From: Arcobacteraceae bacterium
Lineage (GTDB): Bacteria > Campylobacterota > Campylobacteria > Campylobacterales > Arcobacteraceae
Length of the DNA: 64,000 nt
NCBI GenBank assembly: GCA_963662945.1
Contig: OY759974.1
Coordinates: 992,001-1,056,000, forward strand
Reading direction: 5' to 3'
Shown in pieces: positions 40,392 through 51,220 of the stretch (its first letter is position 1; each line of letters opens with the position of its first letter). A model generated the notes under the pieces. It was not told where the DNA came from, ran no database searches, and was given only the letters and a program-made list of their open reading frames with translations. The translations under genes and the position numbers were made by a program.

Positions 40392-42047
40392 ATGAAATTT
40401 GAAGATTTTGAAATAGAAGGTGAAGACTTCGCAACATTATTGGAGGAAAGCGAAAAAAACACAGAAACAAACACAGTAACAGAAGGTGAAATAGTAATTT
40501 TAAACGATGATAGTTTTGTAGTAAGTATAGCTGGTAAAGAGGGAAGAATCCCATTAAGTGAAATTACTAATACTGATGGTACAATAAAATACAAAGTTGG
40601 TGATAAAATTACAGTAATGATTGTAGGTACAAGAGGTGAAAACCTATCTTTATCTTACAAAAAAGTTTTACAAAAAGAAAAGTTTGATGAATTTTTCGCA
40701 AAATATGGTGAAGAACCAGAAAATGTTATAATTGAAGGTACAGTAACATCTGTAAAACCAAGAGCAGGTTTTGTAGTACAAGATGCAGAAGGTATGGAAT
40801 ATTTTATGCCAATGGCACAAGGTTTCTTAAAAGCTCAAGGTGCAGTTGGTAAAAAAATCAAAGCAGCAGTTCTTAAAGCTAAACCAGAAACATCAAGTAT
40901 AGTAATCTCTAGAAGAAAACTGATCGAAGAATCACAAAAAAACAAAGAAGAAAAAATAGCACAACTTATGGAAAATAATGAGCCAAGAACTGGTATCGTT
41001 AAAAAAATCACAAGTTATGGTATGTTTGTTGATTTAGGTGGAATAGATGGACTTGTAAATTACAACGAAATTAGTTACAAAGGACCTGTAAATCCATCTG
41101 CATACTTCAAAGAAGGTGATGAGATTACAGCTATTATGAAATCTTACGATAAAGAAAAAGGACACTTATCATTATCAATTAAAGATGCTTTAGCAAATCC
41201 TTGGGAAGAGATGAAAGACGCTTTAGATGTAGGTGATACAATTACTGTTACTGTTTCAAACTTTGAATCTTACGGTGCATTTGTTGATTTAGGAAATGAT
41301 ATCGAAGGTCTTTTACATATCTCTGAAATCAGTCATAATAAAAATGTAAAAAATCCAAAGGATTACTTAGAAATTGGTCAAGAGATCAATGTTGAAGTTA
41401 TCGATTTAGATTGTGATAAAAGAAGATTAAGAGTGAGTTTAAAATCTCTTCAACCAAAACCATTCCAAACTTTTATTAAAGAAAATCAAGTTGGTGATGT
41501 AGTTAAAGGTACAGTTGCTACTTTAACAGATTTTGGTGCATTTATTAATCTTGGAACAGTTGATGGTCTTTTACATAACGAAGAAGCAAGTTGGGATTCG
41601 GGAACTAAATGTAAAGATATTTACAAAAAAGGTGATGAAGTAGAAGTTAAAATTATTAAAATTGATACTGAAAAAGAAAATATCTCTTTAAGTGTAAAAG
41701 CATTACAAGATTCTCCAGCACAAAAATTTGAGAAAGAACACAATACTGGAGATATAATTAAATCTACAGTAAAAGACATTAAAGATTTTGGTGTATTTGT
41801 TAAACTTGAAGACAACCTAGATGGATTAATCAGAAAAGAAGATATGCTTCCAGCTGAAGAGGGTGCAGAAGAGATCAAAATTGGTGATGAGATTGAAGCT
41901 GTTGTTGTAAATATTGATAAACAAAAAAATAGAGTAAGATTATCTGTAAGAAGACTTGCTTCACAAAAAGATAGAGATATGTTAGAGTCAGTAAATGACG
42001 ATACATCTATGACACTTGGAGATGCTTTAGTAGGAAAGTTAAAATAA
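40392..42047 (+). CDS. rpsA: 30S ribosomal protein S1
   Basis: Tandem S1 domains (YGMFVDLGGIDGL, YGAFVDLGNDIEGLLHISE, FGAFINLG, FGVFVKL). Confidence 0.97.
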   Translation: MKFEDFEIEGEDFATLLEESEKNTETNTVTEGEIVILNDDSFVVSIAGKEGRIPLSEITNTDGTIKYKVGDKITVMIVGTRGENLSLSYKKVLQKEKFDEFFAKYGEEPENVIIEGTVTSVKPRAGFVVQDAEGMEYFMPMAQGFLKAQGAVGKKIKAAVLKAKPETSSIVISRRKLIEESQKNKEEKIAQLMENNEPRTGIVKKITSYGMFVDLGGIDGLVNYNEISYKGPVNPSAYFKEGDEITAIMKSYDKEKGHLSLSIKDALANPWEEMKDALDVGDTITVTVSNFESYGAFVDLGNDIEGLLHISEISHNKNVKNPKDYLEIGQEINVEVIDLDCDKRRLRVSLKSLQPKPFQTFIKENQVGDVVKGTVATLTDFGAFINLGTVDGLLHNEEASWDSGTKCKDIYKKGDEVEVKIIKIDTEKENISLSVKALQDSPAQKFEKEHNTGDIIKSTVKDIKDFGVFVKLEDNLDGLIRKEDMLPAEEGAEEIKIGDEIEAVVVNIDKQKNRVRLSVRRLASQKDRDMLESVNDDTSMTLGDALVGKLK

Positions 42048-42082
42048 TTTAACTTAATCTACTAAAATTTTTGGAGAAAATA

Positions 42083-43669
42083 ATGAATAAACCTACAATA
42101 GTAGTATGTGATCATATCCATGAAAGTGGATTAGAGATACTTAAAAATACTAGTGATATAAATTATGTGTACGCAGCTGATGTTGATAAAACTGCCCTTT
42201 TAGATATTATTAAAGATGCTGAAGTATGTATCACTAGAAGTTCAACAGATGTTGATGAGAAATTTTTAAATGCGGCTGCTAATTTAAAAGCAGTAGTAAG
42301 AGCTGGAGTTGGTGTTGACAATGTAGATATTGATGGTTGTAGCAAAAGAGGTATTATTGCTATGAATGTACCAACTGCAAATACTATAGCTGCAACTGAA
42401 CTTACAATGACACATCTTCTTTCTTGTATGAGAAAAATGCCGTATGCTCACTCTCAACTTAAAGATCAAAGAATTTGGAAAAGAGAAGACTGGTATGGTC
42501 AAGAACTTTATGGAAAAAAAATAGGTGTTATTGGTTTTGGTAACATTGGACATAGAGTTGCTTTAAGATGTAAAGGTTTTGAAATGGATGTTGTAACTTA
42601 CGATCCATACATTCCTTCTTCAAAAGCTACAGATTTAGGTATTAGTTATACAACAAATTTTGATGATATATTAGCTTGTGATATTATCACTATTCACACA
42701 CCTAAGAATAGTGAAACTATTAATATGATAGATGAACCACAAATTGCTAAAATGAAAGATGGTGTTATTCTTATAAACTGTGCTAGAGGTGGTTTATATA
42801 ATGAAGAAGCTTTAGTAAAAAACCTAAAGAGCGGAAAAATTGCAATGGCTGGTATTGATGTATTCAACAAAGAACCTGCAACAGACCATCCACTTTTAGA
42901 TTTAGACAATGTAACTGTAACTGCCCATCTTGGTGCAAATACTGTTGAATCACAATATAAAATTGCTACGCAAGCTGCAAATAATGCAATTAAATCAGCA
43001 CGTGGAATTGGATATCCTCACGCATTAAATTTACCAATTGATGAAACAAAAATTCCATCTTTTGTAAAACCATATTTAGAACTTACTCAAAAAATGGCTT
43101 TCTTAATCGCACAAATGGATAAAAATGCTATTGAATCAATTAAAATTGAAGCAGAAGGTGAAATTGCTGATTATCTAGAAAGTTTAGAGACTTTTGCTAT
43201 AGTTGGTGCATTAACACATAGTTTAACAAATGAAAAAATAAATTATGTAAATGCAACTTTTGTTGCAAATGAAAGAGGAATCAAAGTAGATTCATCTATA
43301 CATTCAAATACTAGTGCATTTAAAAATCAAGTAACTGTTAAAATCACTACAACACATGGTGTAAATAGTACAAGTGGTACAATTTTTGATGAAGATGTTC
43401 AAAGAATTATTAAAATTAATGATTATCTAATGGATATTGAACCATCTGGAAAAATGATTTTATTAACAAACTCTGATGTTCCAGGTGTTATTGGAGAAGT
43501 TGGACAAATTCTAGGCAATGAATCAATAAATATAGCAGACTTTAGACTAGGTAGAAGCAAAAATGGTGCTTTGGCTGTTATTTTAGTTGATGAAGATGTA
43601 TCTAGTGATATTTTATCTAAATTACAAAATATTGAAGCAGCAAGATCTGTTTCATATGCTCAAATTTAA
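42083..43669 (+). CDS. serA: D-3-phosphoglycerate dehydrogenase
   Basis: RAGVGVDNVD, GFGNIG, NCARGG, HLGANT, C-terminal ACT (DVPGVIG); ATG at 42083 follows a GGAG RBS. Confidence 0.96.
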   Translation: MNKPTIVVCDHIHESGLEILKNTSDINYVYAADVDKTALLDIIKDAEVCITRSSTDVDEKFLNAAANLKAVVRAGVGVDNVDIDGCSKRGIIAMNVPTANTIAATELTMTHLLSCMRKMPYAHSQLKDQRIWKREDWYGQELYGKKIGVIGFGNIGHRVALRCKGFEMDVVTYDPYIPSSKATDLGISYTTNFDDILACDIITIHTPKNSETINMIDEPQIAKMKDGVILINCARGGLYNEEALVKNLKSGKIAMAGIDVFNKEPATDHPLLDLDNVTVTAHLGANTVESQYKIATQAANNAIKSARGIGYPHALNLPIDETKIPSFVKPYLELTQKMAFLIAQMDKNAIESIKIEAEGEIADYLESLETFAIVGALTHSLTNEKINYVNATFVANERGIKVDSSIHSNTSAFKNQVTVKITTTHGVNSTSGTIFDEDVQRIIKINDYLMDIEPSGKMILLTNSDVPGVIGEVGQILGNESINIADFRLGRSKNGALAVILVDEDVSSDILSKLQNIEAARSVSYAQI

Positions 43670-43678
43670 GGACGTATT

Positions 43679-44239
43679 ATGGCATTAGGAATGGGAGACT
43701 TAAAAAAAGGTCTAAAAATAGAAGTTGATGGTGTACCATATAAAATAACAGATTATGCACATGTAAAACCAGGAAAAGGTGCGGCATTTGTTAGATGTAA
43801 AATAAAAAATTATCTTAATGGTAAAACTATAGAAAAAACATTTCACGCGGGTGATAAATTTGAAACACCAGATTTACAACAAAAAACAATGCAATACCTT
43901 TATGATGATGGTGAAATGATGCAATTTATGGATACAGATACTTATGAACAAATTGCACTTACTTATGATCAAGTTGGTGAAACAGAAAAATGGATTATTG
44001 ATGGAATGAATGTTGATATGATGTTCTTTAAAGGTGAAGCTATCACAGTTGAGCCTCCAATGACTGTAGAGATGAAAATTGTTGAAACTCCACCTAACTT
44101 TAAAGGAGATTCTCAAGGTGGTAAAAAACCTGCTACTTTAGAATGTGGTGCTGTTGTACAAATTCCTTTTCACCTTTTAGAAGGTGATGTTATCAAATGT
44201 GATACACGAACTGGTGAATATTTAGAAAAAGTTAAATAA
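43679..44239 (+). CDS. efp: Elongation factor P
   Basis: [33 protein letters not shown]. Confidence 0.98.
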   Translation: MALGMGDLKKGLKIEVDGVPYKITDYAHVKPGKGAAFVRCKIKNYLNGKTIEKTFHAGDKFETPDLQQKTMQYLYDDGEMMQFMDTDTYEQIALTYDQVGETEKWIIDGMNVDMMFFKGEAITVEPPMTVEMKIVETPPNFKGDSQGGKKPATLECGAVVQIPFHLLEGDVIKCDTRTGEYLEKVK

Positions 44240-44249
44240 AAAATGACTC

Positions 44250-44290
44250 AACTTATTGCAAGGTAATACTTGTGATAAGTTTGTTTTTTA
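44250..44290 (+). terminator. Intrinsic terminator after efp
   Basis: Stem aacttattgcaag / cttgtgataagtt (two G-U pairs) followed by a T-rich tract. Confidence 0.7.
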
Positions 44291-44390
44291 TTTGTCACTT
44301 ATTCGTAAGTTTCCTTCTTCAAAATAACTTTCTCTCTTGATTCTCTACAAAAATTCTAACTATTTTACAGCTTTATTATAGGACTTAAAA

Positions 44391-45026
44391 ATGCAACAAA
44401 AAGAACTTATCATTTTTGATATGGATGGTACCCTTATAGATAGTGGTGATGTTATTACTAACACTATAAACTTTGTAAGAAGTAACTTAGGACTAGAAGA
44501 AATTGAAAAACATATTATGCTTGAACAACTTAATAATCCAGACATTAACTCAGCAGAATACTTTTATGGTACACAAGAATTTACAACACAACAAACGGAA
44601 CTTTTTACAGAATACTATAATAAAAACTGCGTAAAAGATATAAAACTTTATGATGGAATTGAAGAACTCTTAGATTCTTTACAAAAAGATTTTAAACTTA
44701 CTATTGCAACAAATGCTTCAAGAGATTTTGCAATAAGGATGATTAAACATCTGAACATAGATAAATATTTTGATATTGTGATTGGTGCATCATGTGTAGC
44801 TAAACCAAAACCACATCCTGATATGGTCTTAAAAACATTAAGTGATTTACAAATACATCATCATAAATCTATACTTATAGGAGATAGTTTAAAAGATATG
44901 AGAGCTGCACAAGCAGCTAATGTAGATAGTATCTTAGTTGATTGGGGTTTTAGTAACTATGAAAATCATAGTAATACTATAAAGAGTTCAAATGAACTTT
45001 TGAAAAAGCTATCAAGCTTAAAATAA
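44391..45026 (+). CDS. HAD-family hydrolase (phosphoglycolate phosphatase-like)
   Basis: IFDMDGTLIDS, ATN, KPKPHPD, IGDS..D. Confidence 0.92.
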   Translation: MQQKELIIFDMDGTLIDSGDVITNTINFVRSNLGLEEIEKHIMLEQLNNPDINSAEYFYGTQEFTTQQTELFTEYYNKNCVKDIKLYDGIEELLDSLQKDFKLTIATNASRDFAIRMIKHLNIDKYFDIVIGASCVAKPKPHPDMVLKTLSDLQIHHHKSILIGDSLKDMRAAQAANVDSILVDWGFSNYENHSNTIKSSNELLKKLSSLK

Positions 45027-45045
45027 AAATATTTATTTTAAGCTT
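45014..45045. terminator. Bidirectional hairpin between the convergent HAD gene and cheW
   Basis: Perfect 14-bp inverted repeat aagcttaaaataaa-aata-tttattttaagctt overlapping both stop codons. Confidence 0.6.
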
Positions 45046-45511
45046 TTAACTCTTCTTTATGAACAACGTTTTCAACATCCATAATAACTAGCATTTGATT
45101 ATTTTCAAGTCTTACAAAACCTTTTAAATATTTTGCAGGAATACCTGAACCCATATCAGAAACAGGATATAGCGAAGCAGAATCAAGTTTTTGTACATCA
45201 TCCACTTTATCTACAACTAAACCTAACATTCTATTATCATTTGTTATAACTGCAATAACTGCTGTATTTTCATTATATTCGATTTTACCTGTATTAAATT
45301 TAATTCTTATGTCTAATATTGGTACAACTTCCCCTCTTAAATTAATAAGACCTTTTACCCATTCTTTTGTATTTGGTAAAATTGTTATTAATTCTGGATA
45401 AGTTAATATCTCTCGGATTTTAGGCAACTCTACTGCGTATTTCATCTCACCTAAAATAAATGTCATATATTCATCTGAATTCATACTGTTAAACTGTTTT
45501 TCTTTTGCCAT
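45038..45511 (-). CDS. cheW: Chemotaxis coupling protein CheW
   Basis: EYMTFILG, VKGLINLRGEVVPILDIR, GLVVDKVDDV. Confidence 0.95.
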   Translation of the reverse strand: MAKEKQFNSMNSDEYMTFILGEMKYAVELPKIREILTYPELITILPNTKEWVKGLINLRGEVVPILDIRIKFNTGKIEYNENTAVIAVITNDNRMLGLVVDKVDDVQKLDSASLYPVSDMGSGIPAKYLKGFVRLENNQMLVIMDVENVVHKEELKA

Positions 45512-45544
45512 TTTTATTCCCCTACTTTTAATTGTTATATTATA

Positions 45545-45937
45545 CTATTCGTTAGCTTTCCATTGCTTGTATAAAGCTTCATGTTCAGCAATCTCTTCTC
45601 TTGAAGGTTTTCTTCTACAAGATAGATATCCTTTACTTCCATCACAACTCTCAAATGGAAATACTGTTGCAAACACCCAATAGTATCCTCCATCTTTTGT
45701 TGCATTCTTTACATATCCTGTCCACACTTCACCTTTTTGCACTGTATCCCACAATGATTTAAATGCTGCTTTTGGCATATCTTTATGTCGTACCATATTA
45801 TGTGGTTTATCTATTAATTCTTCTAAAGAGTATCCTGCTATTTTACAAAAGTCATCATTTGCAAATTTAATTATCCCTTTTGCATCTGTTTCACTTACTA
45901 GGAATGCATAATCATCTAATACTGTTTCACCTGCCAT
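45545..45937 (-). CDS. Stand-alone Aer/CetB-type PAS sensor
   Basis: SETDAKGII.FANDDFC, KPHNMVRHKDMPKAAF..LW, VKNATKDGGYYWV. Confidence 0.9.
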   Translation of the reverse strand: MAGETVLDDYAFLVSETDAKGIIKFANDDFCKIAGYSLEELIDKPHNMVRHKDMPKAAFKSLWDTVQKGEVWTGYVKNATKDGGYYWVFATVFPFESCDGSKGYLSCRRKPSREEIAEHEALYKQWKANE

Positions 45938-45949
45938 ACTGATTCCTTT

Positions 45950-48124
45950 CTAGTTAAATTTCTTTGTTTGTGCATCTGACACTAGGTCATTTGCCATTTT
46001 ACTTACATCTTGTGCTATTGATGCAACTGAGTTTGCTTCACTTGCATTCTCTTGTGTTACTCTATCTAGCATAGTCACTGCATCATTGATTTGTTCTATT
46101 CCTGTCATTTGTTCTTTACTTGCACGACTAACATCTTCGATTAGTTCTATTGTTTGATTAAAGTTCTCATTGAGTGATTCATATCCTTTTATCATATCAT
46201 CACTTACTTTTTTACCTTCATTTGCTTTACTTGCTGCATTCTCTACTAATGTTTTTATTTCATTTGCTGCATCTGCACTTCTTGAAGCTAGGTTTCTTAC
46301 TTCTTGAGCAACTACTGCAAATCCTTTTCCAGCTTCACCTGCTGTTGCTGCTTCTACTGCTGCATTAAGTGAGAGAATATTTGTTTGGAATGCTATTTGA
46401 TCTATTACAGTAATAGCTTCATTAATTGCTGTTACTTGAGAGTTTATTTCATCCATTGAAGAAGATGTTTTACTAGCTAATGTCATACCATTAGAAACTT
46501 CTGTTTTTACACGGCTCCCTAATTCTGACATTTTAGAGGCATTATTTGCATTATTTCTTGTAATACTTGTTATCTCTTCTACTGCTGCTGCTGTTTCTTC
46601 TAAGCTAGCTGCTTGTTGATTTGCTTTATTTGCTAGGTTTGTTACACTTGTTGTCATTGTACTTGAGTTTGTTTGTAAGTGTTCCCCATTTGACAAGTTC
46701 TGTTTTGCGCTATTTGCTAGGGAGTTCCCTAGGGTGTTTACTGATTCTAGTACTATTTTCATATCAGCTTTTAAATTTGAGTCAATTGTCACTTTGTTTC
46801 TATAATCATTATGAGAATATTGCTCTAATGTTTCCCTTAATTGACCCATATCTCTAGCAATTGCATCTATCATTTTATTAATTGTTGTTGCTAAAGTTTG
46901 AATCATAGGATTTTTTGTTCTTGAATTAATTCTACAAGCGTAAATACCCTGTTCTACTTTATCAGTAGTAATAGTAATTTCTCCCATTACTTTCATATCA
47001 TCTTGTAAATGTTTTGTTACATTTAAAGCAGTTTCATTAAGTTGTTTAATCATCTCAGAAATTTCATCATTTCCTTCAACTTTCGCTGCAACATATCTAT
47101 TAATTTTAAATTGAGAAAAGGCTAAGAAAATTTGAAATTGCTTATTAAATCGTGCAATTCCATCTACCACAATATTTTTTACAACAATATGTGCAGTAAT
47201 AATTAAAGCAACTATCATTGCAATCATAACTACTAACATTAGTTGTACAATATATGTAGACTGATCTACTAAATCATCTATTGCGTGTATACTTTCTCCA
47301 ATTAAATACATACCGATTTCATTACCACTAATATCTTTAATAGGAACATATGTATAGAAATATTTTTCATTCATATACATACCTGTTGATTTCAAATTAT
47401 TAAAATCAATAGTTGCTGCATCCTCTTTAAATTTTTTATCTATTGTTTTTTGTGATATAAAATAATTTTGTACTTGCAACTCACTAGTAAGAGCATCACC
47501 TCTTTTATATTTTCCATCCATTAAAACTAATAATTCTCGTTTATCTTTTTTGAAATCTTTTACAATAGAATTAAACCCCATTATAAATTCTAATGAACCA
47601 ATATATTCTCCATCTTTTATGATTGGAGAAAGACCTCTCATAACAAGACCAGCTCGCCCAACTTCTATAGCAGATAAAGGTTTTTTTGTTTTTTTAACTT
47701 CAAGAATAGTAGCTCTAAAAGAAGATAAATCATCTCCAAACTTATCTAATTTCCAATTTCGCACAAATGAATGAACATTTTTATCATGAAGATGTACTTT
47801 AATATTTTTAAAAGGTGTTCCCTCTTTCATCGCATTTGATATATCTTTTAATGAATCAATTGCGATTTCTCTATTGTTAGTTAATAAAGCTTCTTTTATA
47901 GCCGTATTTTGGGAAATTGAGACTGCATTGGTTATACCTGCAACTTGTTTTCCATCTACTTGTTGAACCAACATATTTGATAAGTCATTTTTAGCATCTG
48001 TAAATACGTCTTTTTTAATATTGTTTATAATAAGATATCCAACCAATACACCAAACAATAAAAATACAATCGCAACCGTAACAAGTCTTTGTGCTATACT
48101 TTTACTCAGTGATTTTTTCATCAT
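45950..48124 (-). CDS. Methyl-accepting chemotaxis protein with periplasmic Cache domain
   Basis: Two TMs flanking a Cache-type domain ([22 protein letters not shown]); [30 protein letters not shown] tip. Confidence 0.95.
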   Translation of the reverse strand: MMKKSLSKSIAQRLVTVAIVFLLFGVLVGYLIINNIKKDVFTDAKNDLSNMLVQQVDGKQVAGITNAVSISQNTAIKEALLTNNREIAIDSLKDISNAMKEGTPFKNIKVHLHDKNVHSFVRNWKLDKFGDDLSSFRATILEVKKTKKPLSAIEVGRAGLVMRGLSPIIKDGEYIGSLEFIMGFNSIVKDFKKDKRELLVLMDGKYKRGDALTSELQVQNYFISQKTIDKKFKEDAATIDFNNLKSTGMYMNEKYFYTYVPIKDISGNEIGMYLIGESIHAIDDLVDQSTYIVQLMLVVMIAMIVALIITAHIVVKNIVVDGIARFNKQFQIFLAFSQFKINRYVAAKVEGNDEISEMIKQLNETALNVTKHLQDDMKVMGEITITTDKVEQGIYACRINSRTKNPMIQTLATTINKMIDAIARDMGQLRETLEQYSHNDYRNKVTIDSNLKADMKIVLESVNTLGNSLANSAKQNLSNGEHLQTNSSTMTTSVTNLANKANQQAASLEETAAAVEEITSITRNNANNASKMSELGSRVKTEVSNGMTLASKTSSSMDEINSQVTAINEAITVIDQIAFQTNILSLNAAVEAATAGEAGKGFAVVAQEVRNLASRSADAANEIKTLVENAASKANEGKKVSDDMIKGYESLNENFNQTIELIEDVSRASKEQMTGIEQINDAVTMLDRVTQENASEANSVASIAQDVSKMANDLVSDAQTKKFN
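46321..46411. repeat. MCP tip DNA repeat, copy 1
   Basis: 87/91 nt identical to 54854-54944 by manual alignment. Confidence 0.85.
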
Positions 48125-48179
48125 TTCAATTCCTTTAATGAACTATAAGCTAATTTTATATAGTTTATCTATTTTTCTC

Positions 48180-49388
48180 TTAAGTATTAATAACTTTTTT
48201 ACTGATAACTTCACATTCTATAACAGTTTTTGAACTTTCTAAACAAATAATATCTTTTGGTTTTAAACTACTAATATCAATCATTTTATTATCTTTAGTT
48301 AACTGTACAAATCCTTTTTTATCTTTTTTCTCGGGATTATTCAGAAAAAAACTATTTTTTATTCTATCAATATCATCTTTTTTAACTTTTAATATTTGAG
48401 AATAAACACTATTAAATTGCTGTTTTAATTGTGTTATTGTAGCTTGTACAAGTTCAAATCTTTTTTGTAGTGAATAGTGTTCAAAACTACTTTTGATATG
48501 TTTTAACTGTTGCTCTTTTTGATAAAGAATTGTTTTAAATTTTTGATTGAAATCATTTACAAGAGTATCTGCATATATTCTCAGTTCATTTATATCCGGT
48601 GTAGCAATTTCAATTGCATTTGATGGAGTACTTGCACGAATATCTGCAACAAAATCTGATATTACAAAATCACTTTCATGCCCTACGGCACTAATAATTG
48701 GAGTAATAGCTTCAAAAATTGCATCTGCAACAATCTCTTCATTAAAAGCCCAAAGGTCTTCTATACTTCCACCACCTCTTCCAACAATAAGAAGAGATAA
48801 CTTAAGGCTATTAAGTGCTAATTTATCAGCTAATTTAATTGCCCTTACAATACTTTCTTTTGAACCTTCTCCTTGCACTAGTGTTGGAATAAGGATCATT
48901 TTTGCCAGAGGATATCTATGGTTTAGCACTTTTTTCATATCTTCTATTGCAGCACCTGTATTTGAGGTAACTACATAAATTTCTTCTGGAAATTTTGGAA
49001 GTTGTTTTTTGATTGATTTATCAAAATAACCTTTAATTTGTAATTTTGTTTTGAGTTGCTCGTATGCTAAAGCTAACGCACCAACTCCAGAAGGTTCAAT
49101 TTTTTGACAAAGAAGTTGATAATTTCCTCTTGGAGTATAAACTGTAATATTTCCACTAATAACTACTTTCGCACCAACTTCTAAACGAAATTTCAAATAT
49201 TGTGCATTACCTCGAAACATAACACAAGAGATATTCGATTTTTCATCTTTAATACTAAAATATATATGTCCACTACTATGATAAGTAAGATTTGATATCT
49301 CACCCTCTACATAAACTGAACTCAGTGTAGTTTCTAAAACAGTTTTTATTTGTTCATTGAGACTTGATACACTAATTGGTGAGTGCAT
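48180..49388 (-). CDS. xseA: Exodeoxyribonuclease VII large subunit
   Basis: VEGEISN...SGHIYFSIKD, GRGGGSIEDLWAFNEE, SAVGHESD, RASTPS. Confidence 0.97.
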   Translation of the reverse strand: MHSPISVSSLNEQIKTVLETTLSSVYVEGEISNLTYHSSGHIYFSIKDEKSNISCVMFRGNAQYLKFRLEVGAKVVISGNITVYTPRGNYQLLCQKIEPSGVGALALAYEQLKTKLQIKGYFDKSIKKQLPKFPEEIYVVTSNTGAAIEDMKKVLNHRYPLAKMILIPTLVQGEGSKESIVRAIKLADKLALNSLKLSLLIVGRGGGSIEDLWAFNEEIVADAIFEAITPIISAVGHESDFVISDFVADIRASTPSNAIEIATPDINELRIYADTLVNDFNQKFKTILYQKEQQLKHIKSSFEHYSLQKRFELVQATITQLKQQFNSVYSQILKVKKDDIDRIKNSFFLNNPEKKDKKGFVQLTKDNKMIDISSLKPKDIICLESSKTVIECEVISKKVINT

Positions 49389-50113
49389 TATATCTTTCTA
49401 GCTATAAATGTTGTACTCATATCCATTGAGTAGCCTTGAACAAAGATTGGTTCTAAGCCAACTTCTTTTAGCTCTTCAACCATTTGTTCAGTCGTAATAA
49501 AAGCTTCAATGGATTCTGGTAAATAAGTATATGCATCCTTATTTTTTGAAATTAATCCACCAATGTGAGGCATTAATTTATTCATATAAAACTTTGTTAA
49601 TTTTGCACAAAAAGTGTCTTTATCATTTTTAGTAAACTCTAAAATCACACAAAGTCCATCTTTTTTTAATACTCTTGAAAACTCTTTAAGTCCCTCTTTT
49701 CTTTGAACAACGTTTCTAATTCCATAAGATATTGATACTATATCAGCACAACTATCTTCTAAAGGCATTGACTCTGCCCCTGCTTCTATAAATGTTCTAT
49801 GTGGTATTTTCGTACGTCCTACTTCCATCATACCAACACTTGGATCAACTCCAATTATCTCATCCACATCAATCCCATTTTGTTTTGCTATATTTTCCCA
49901 ATCAATCATTAAATCACCAGTTCCACAAGCCACATCAACTATTTTTGTAATCTTTTGATGATTGTAAAGATTAAAAGCCATATTACAAGCTTTTTTTCTC
50001 CATATTTTATCTACACCCATACTTAAAATTCTATTTGCTAAATCATAAGTTTTAGCAATCTCATTAAACATTTTTACAATATCTTCTTGATTGTCTCTAT
50101 TTTCTTCTGCCAA
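49388..50113 (-). CDS. ubiE: UbiE/MenG-family quinone methyltransferase
   Basis: MFNEIAKTYDLANRILSMG, VDVACGTGD, ISYGIRNV, AYTYLPESI. Confidence 0.93.
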   Translation of the reverse strand: MAEENRDNQEDIVKMFNEIAKTYDLANRILSMGVDKIWRKKACNMAFNLYNHQKITKIVDVACGTGDLMIDWENIAKQNGIDVDEIIGVDPSVGMMEVGRTKIPHRTFIEAGAESMPLEDSCADIVSISYGIRNVVQRKEGLKEFSRVLKKDGLCVILEFTKNDKDTFCAKLTKFYMNKLMPHIGGLISKNKDAYTYLPESIEAFITTEQMVEELKEVGLEPIFVQGYSMDMSTTFIARKI

Positions 50114-50122
50114 TTTTTTACC

Positions 50123-50371
50123 TTATATTAAATATTTTGAAACTAATAGCCCTATAATAAATCCTATATTTAATGCTACTATTATTTTCATAAATTCCAA
50201 TTTTTTATCAGTTTGAGGAATGGTCCTTATAATTTTTTCTTGATCTATTAAAGTTCGTTCAAAATTTTCTGTTGCTCTATCAACTCTTTTAAGTGTTTGA
50301 GTAAGAGTCAACTCTGCTAATTCAAATCTTTCTGTTAACTCTTTTGCTTGTTTAAAACTCATATCACTCAT
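50123..50371 (-). CDS. Small coiled-coil protein with C-terminal TM anchor
   Basis: Heptad-like N-terminus and hydrophobic tail IIVALNIGFIIGLLV. Confidence 0.65.
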   Translation of the reverse strand: MSDMSFKQAKELTERFELAELTLTQTLKRVDRATENFERTLIDQEKIIRTIPQTDKKLEFMKIIVALNIGFIIGLLVSKYLI

Positions 50372-50390
50372 GATTGATAAATTCCACTCA

Positions 50391-51179
50391 TTATTTTATC
50401 TCTATCCATCTATCAAGTGTACAAAATATTCCATTGAGATTGTTAAGTACATAATCTTTTGCTTCAGTTTGTAATCTTCTAAAAAAAAGATATTTTAAAG
50501 CTGCTTCCCTATCACCCTTTTCTTTGGCTTCAACTGCTTTTTGTGCAAAATCAGTGTTATTATGTGCCATTTCCCAAACAGTACTTCCTAAATATCTACT
50601 CATAGTTATAACTTTATCATTTTTCACTGCAAAGTATTTCGGATCTTTTACAAAGTCAGTAATTGTTGAATCACTTCCAAGATATTTATGCCCAAAGAAA
50701 TTAATAAATTGTTCTTCTAAATAATCTTGTTCTGTTGATATTGCTCTATTTAAAGCAAAAAATAAATTGTCAGTTGAATTTCTTTCAATTTTTCGAAGCT
50801 TCTTCATAGTTGCTATTGCATTTTTTCCATCAAGTTCCCCATCACCCATAGGAACTATCCATTTTACATTATTAAAAGAACCAACTTTTGCAATTTCATC
50901 CAAAACTAGTGTAGAAGTTTTATTCCCACCTACATCAACTATTACTTGATGATTATCATCCATAAGAATAAGTTCATCTAATTGAGTAAGTTTATTTGTA
51001 CTAAGCATTTTTTTATTTACAATTTCAGTTCTTGTAAAACTTTGAGAATCATTGTTCTCATCATCTATCTCAATGTAAGTTATTGGTTTACCATGTTTTT
51101 TATATAAATATGGTGCAATAACTTGCATTGCTACAGTTGATTTACCAACGCCACCTTTAGTTTGGGGAATTATAATCAT
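50391..51179 (-). CDS. ParA/MinD-superfamily P-loop ATPase (orphan)
   Basis: Deviant Walker A TKGGVGKST, IEIDDEN, IVDVGG Walker B, FALNR. Confidence 0.8.
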   Translation of the reverse strand: MIIIPQTKGGVGKSTVAMQVIAPYLYKKHGKPITYIEIDDENNDSQSFTRTEIVNKKMLSTNKLTQLDELILMDDNHQVIVDVGGNKTSTLVLDEIAKVGSFNNVKWIVPMGDGELDGKNAIATMKKLRKIERNSTDNLFFALNRAISTEQDYLEEQFINFFGHKYLGSDSTITDFVKDPKYFAVKNDKVITMSRYLGSTVWEMAHNNTDFAQKAVEAKEKGDREAALKYLFFRRLQTEAKDYVLNNLNGIFCTLDRWIEIK

Positions 51180-51220
51180 CTTAAAACCTTTTGATTATTT
51201 TTATTAATTCTATCTAATTT

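Noticed and set aside
39511-42047. Absence of cmk between aroA and rpsA
   Set aside because: The aroA-ispH-rpsA order is normal in Campylobacterota.
40392-42047. Internal repeats in rpsA
   Set aside because: These are ordinary tandem S1 domains.
42036-42055. 8-bp hairpin at the rpsA stop as a terminator
   Set aside because: The stem is nearly all A/T with no clear U-tract, and serA follows closely.
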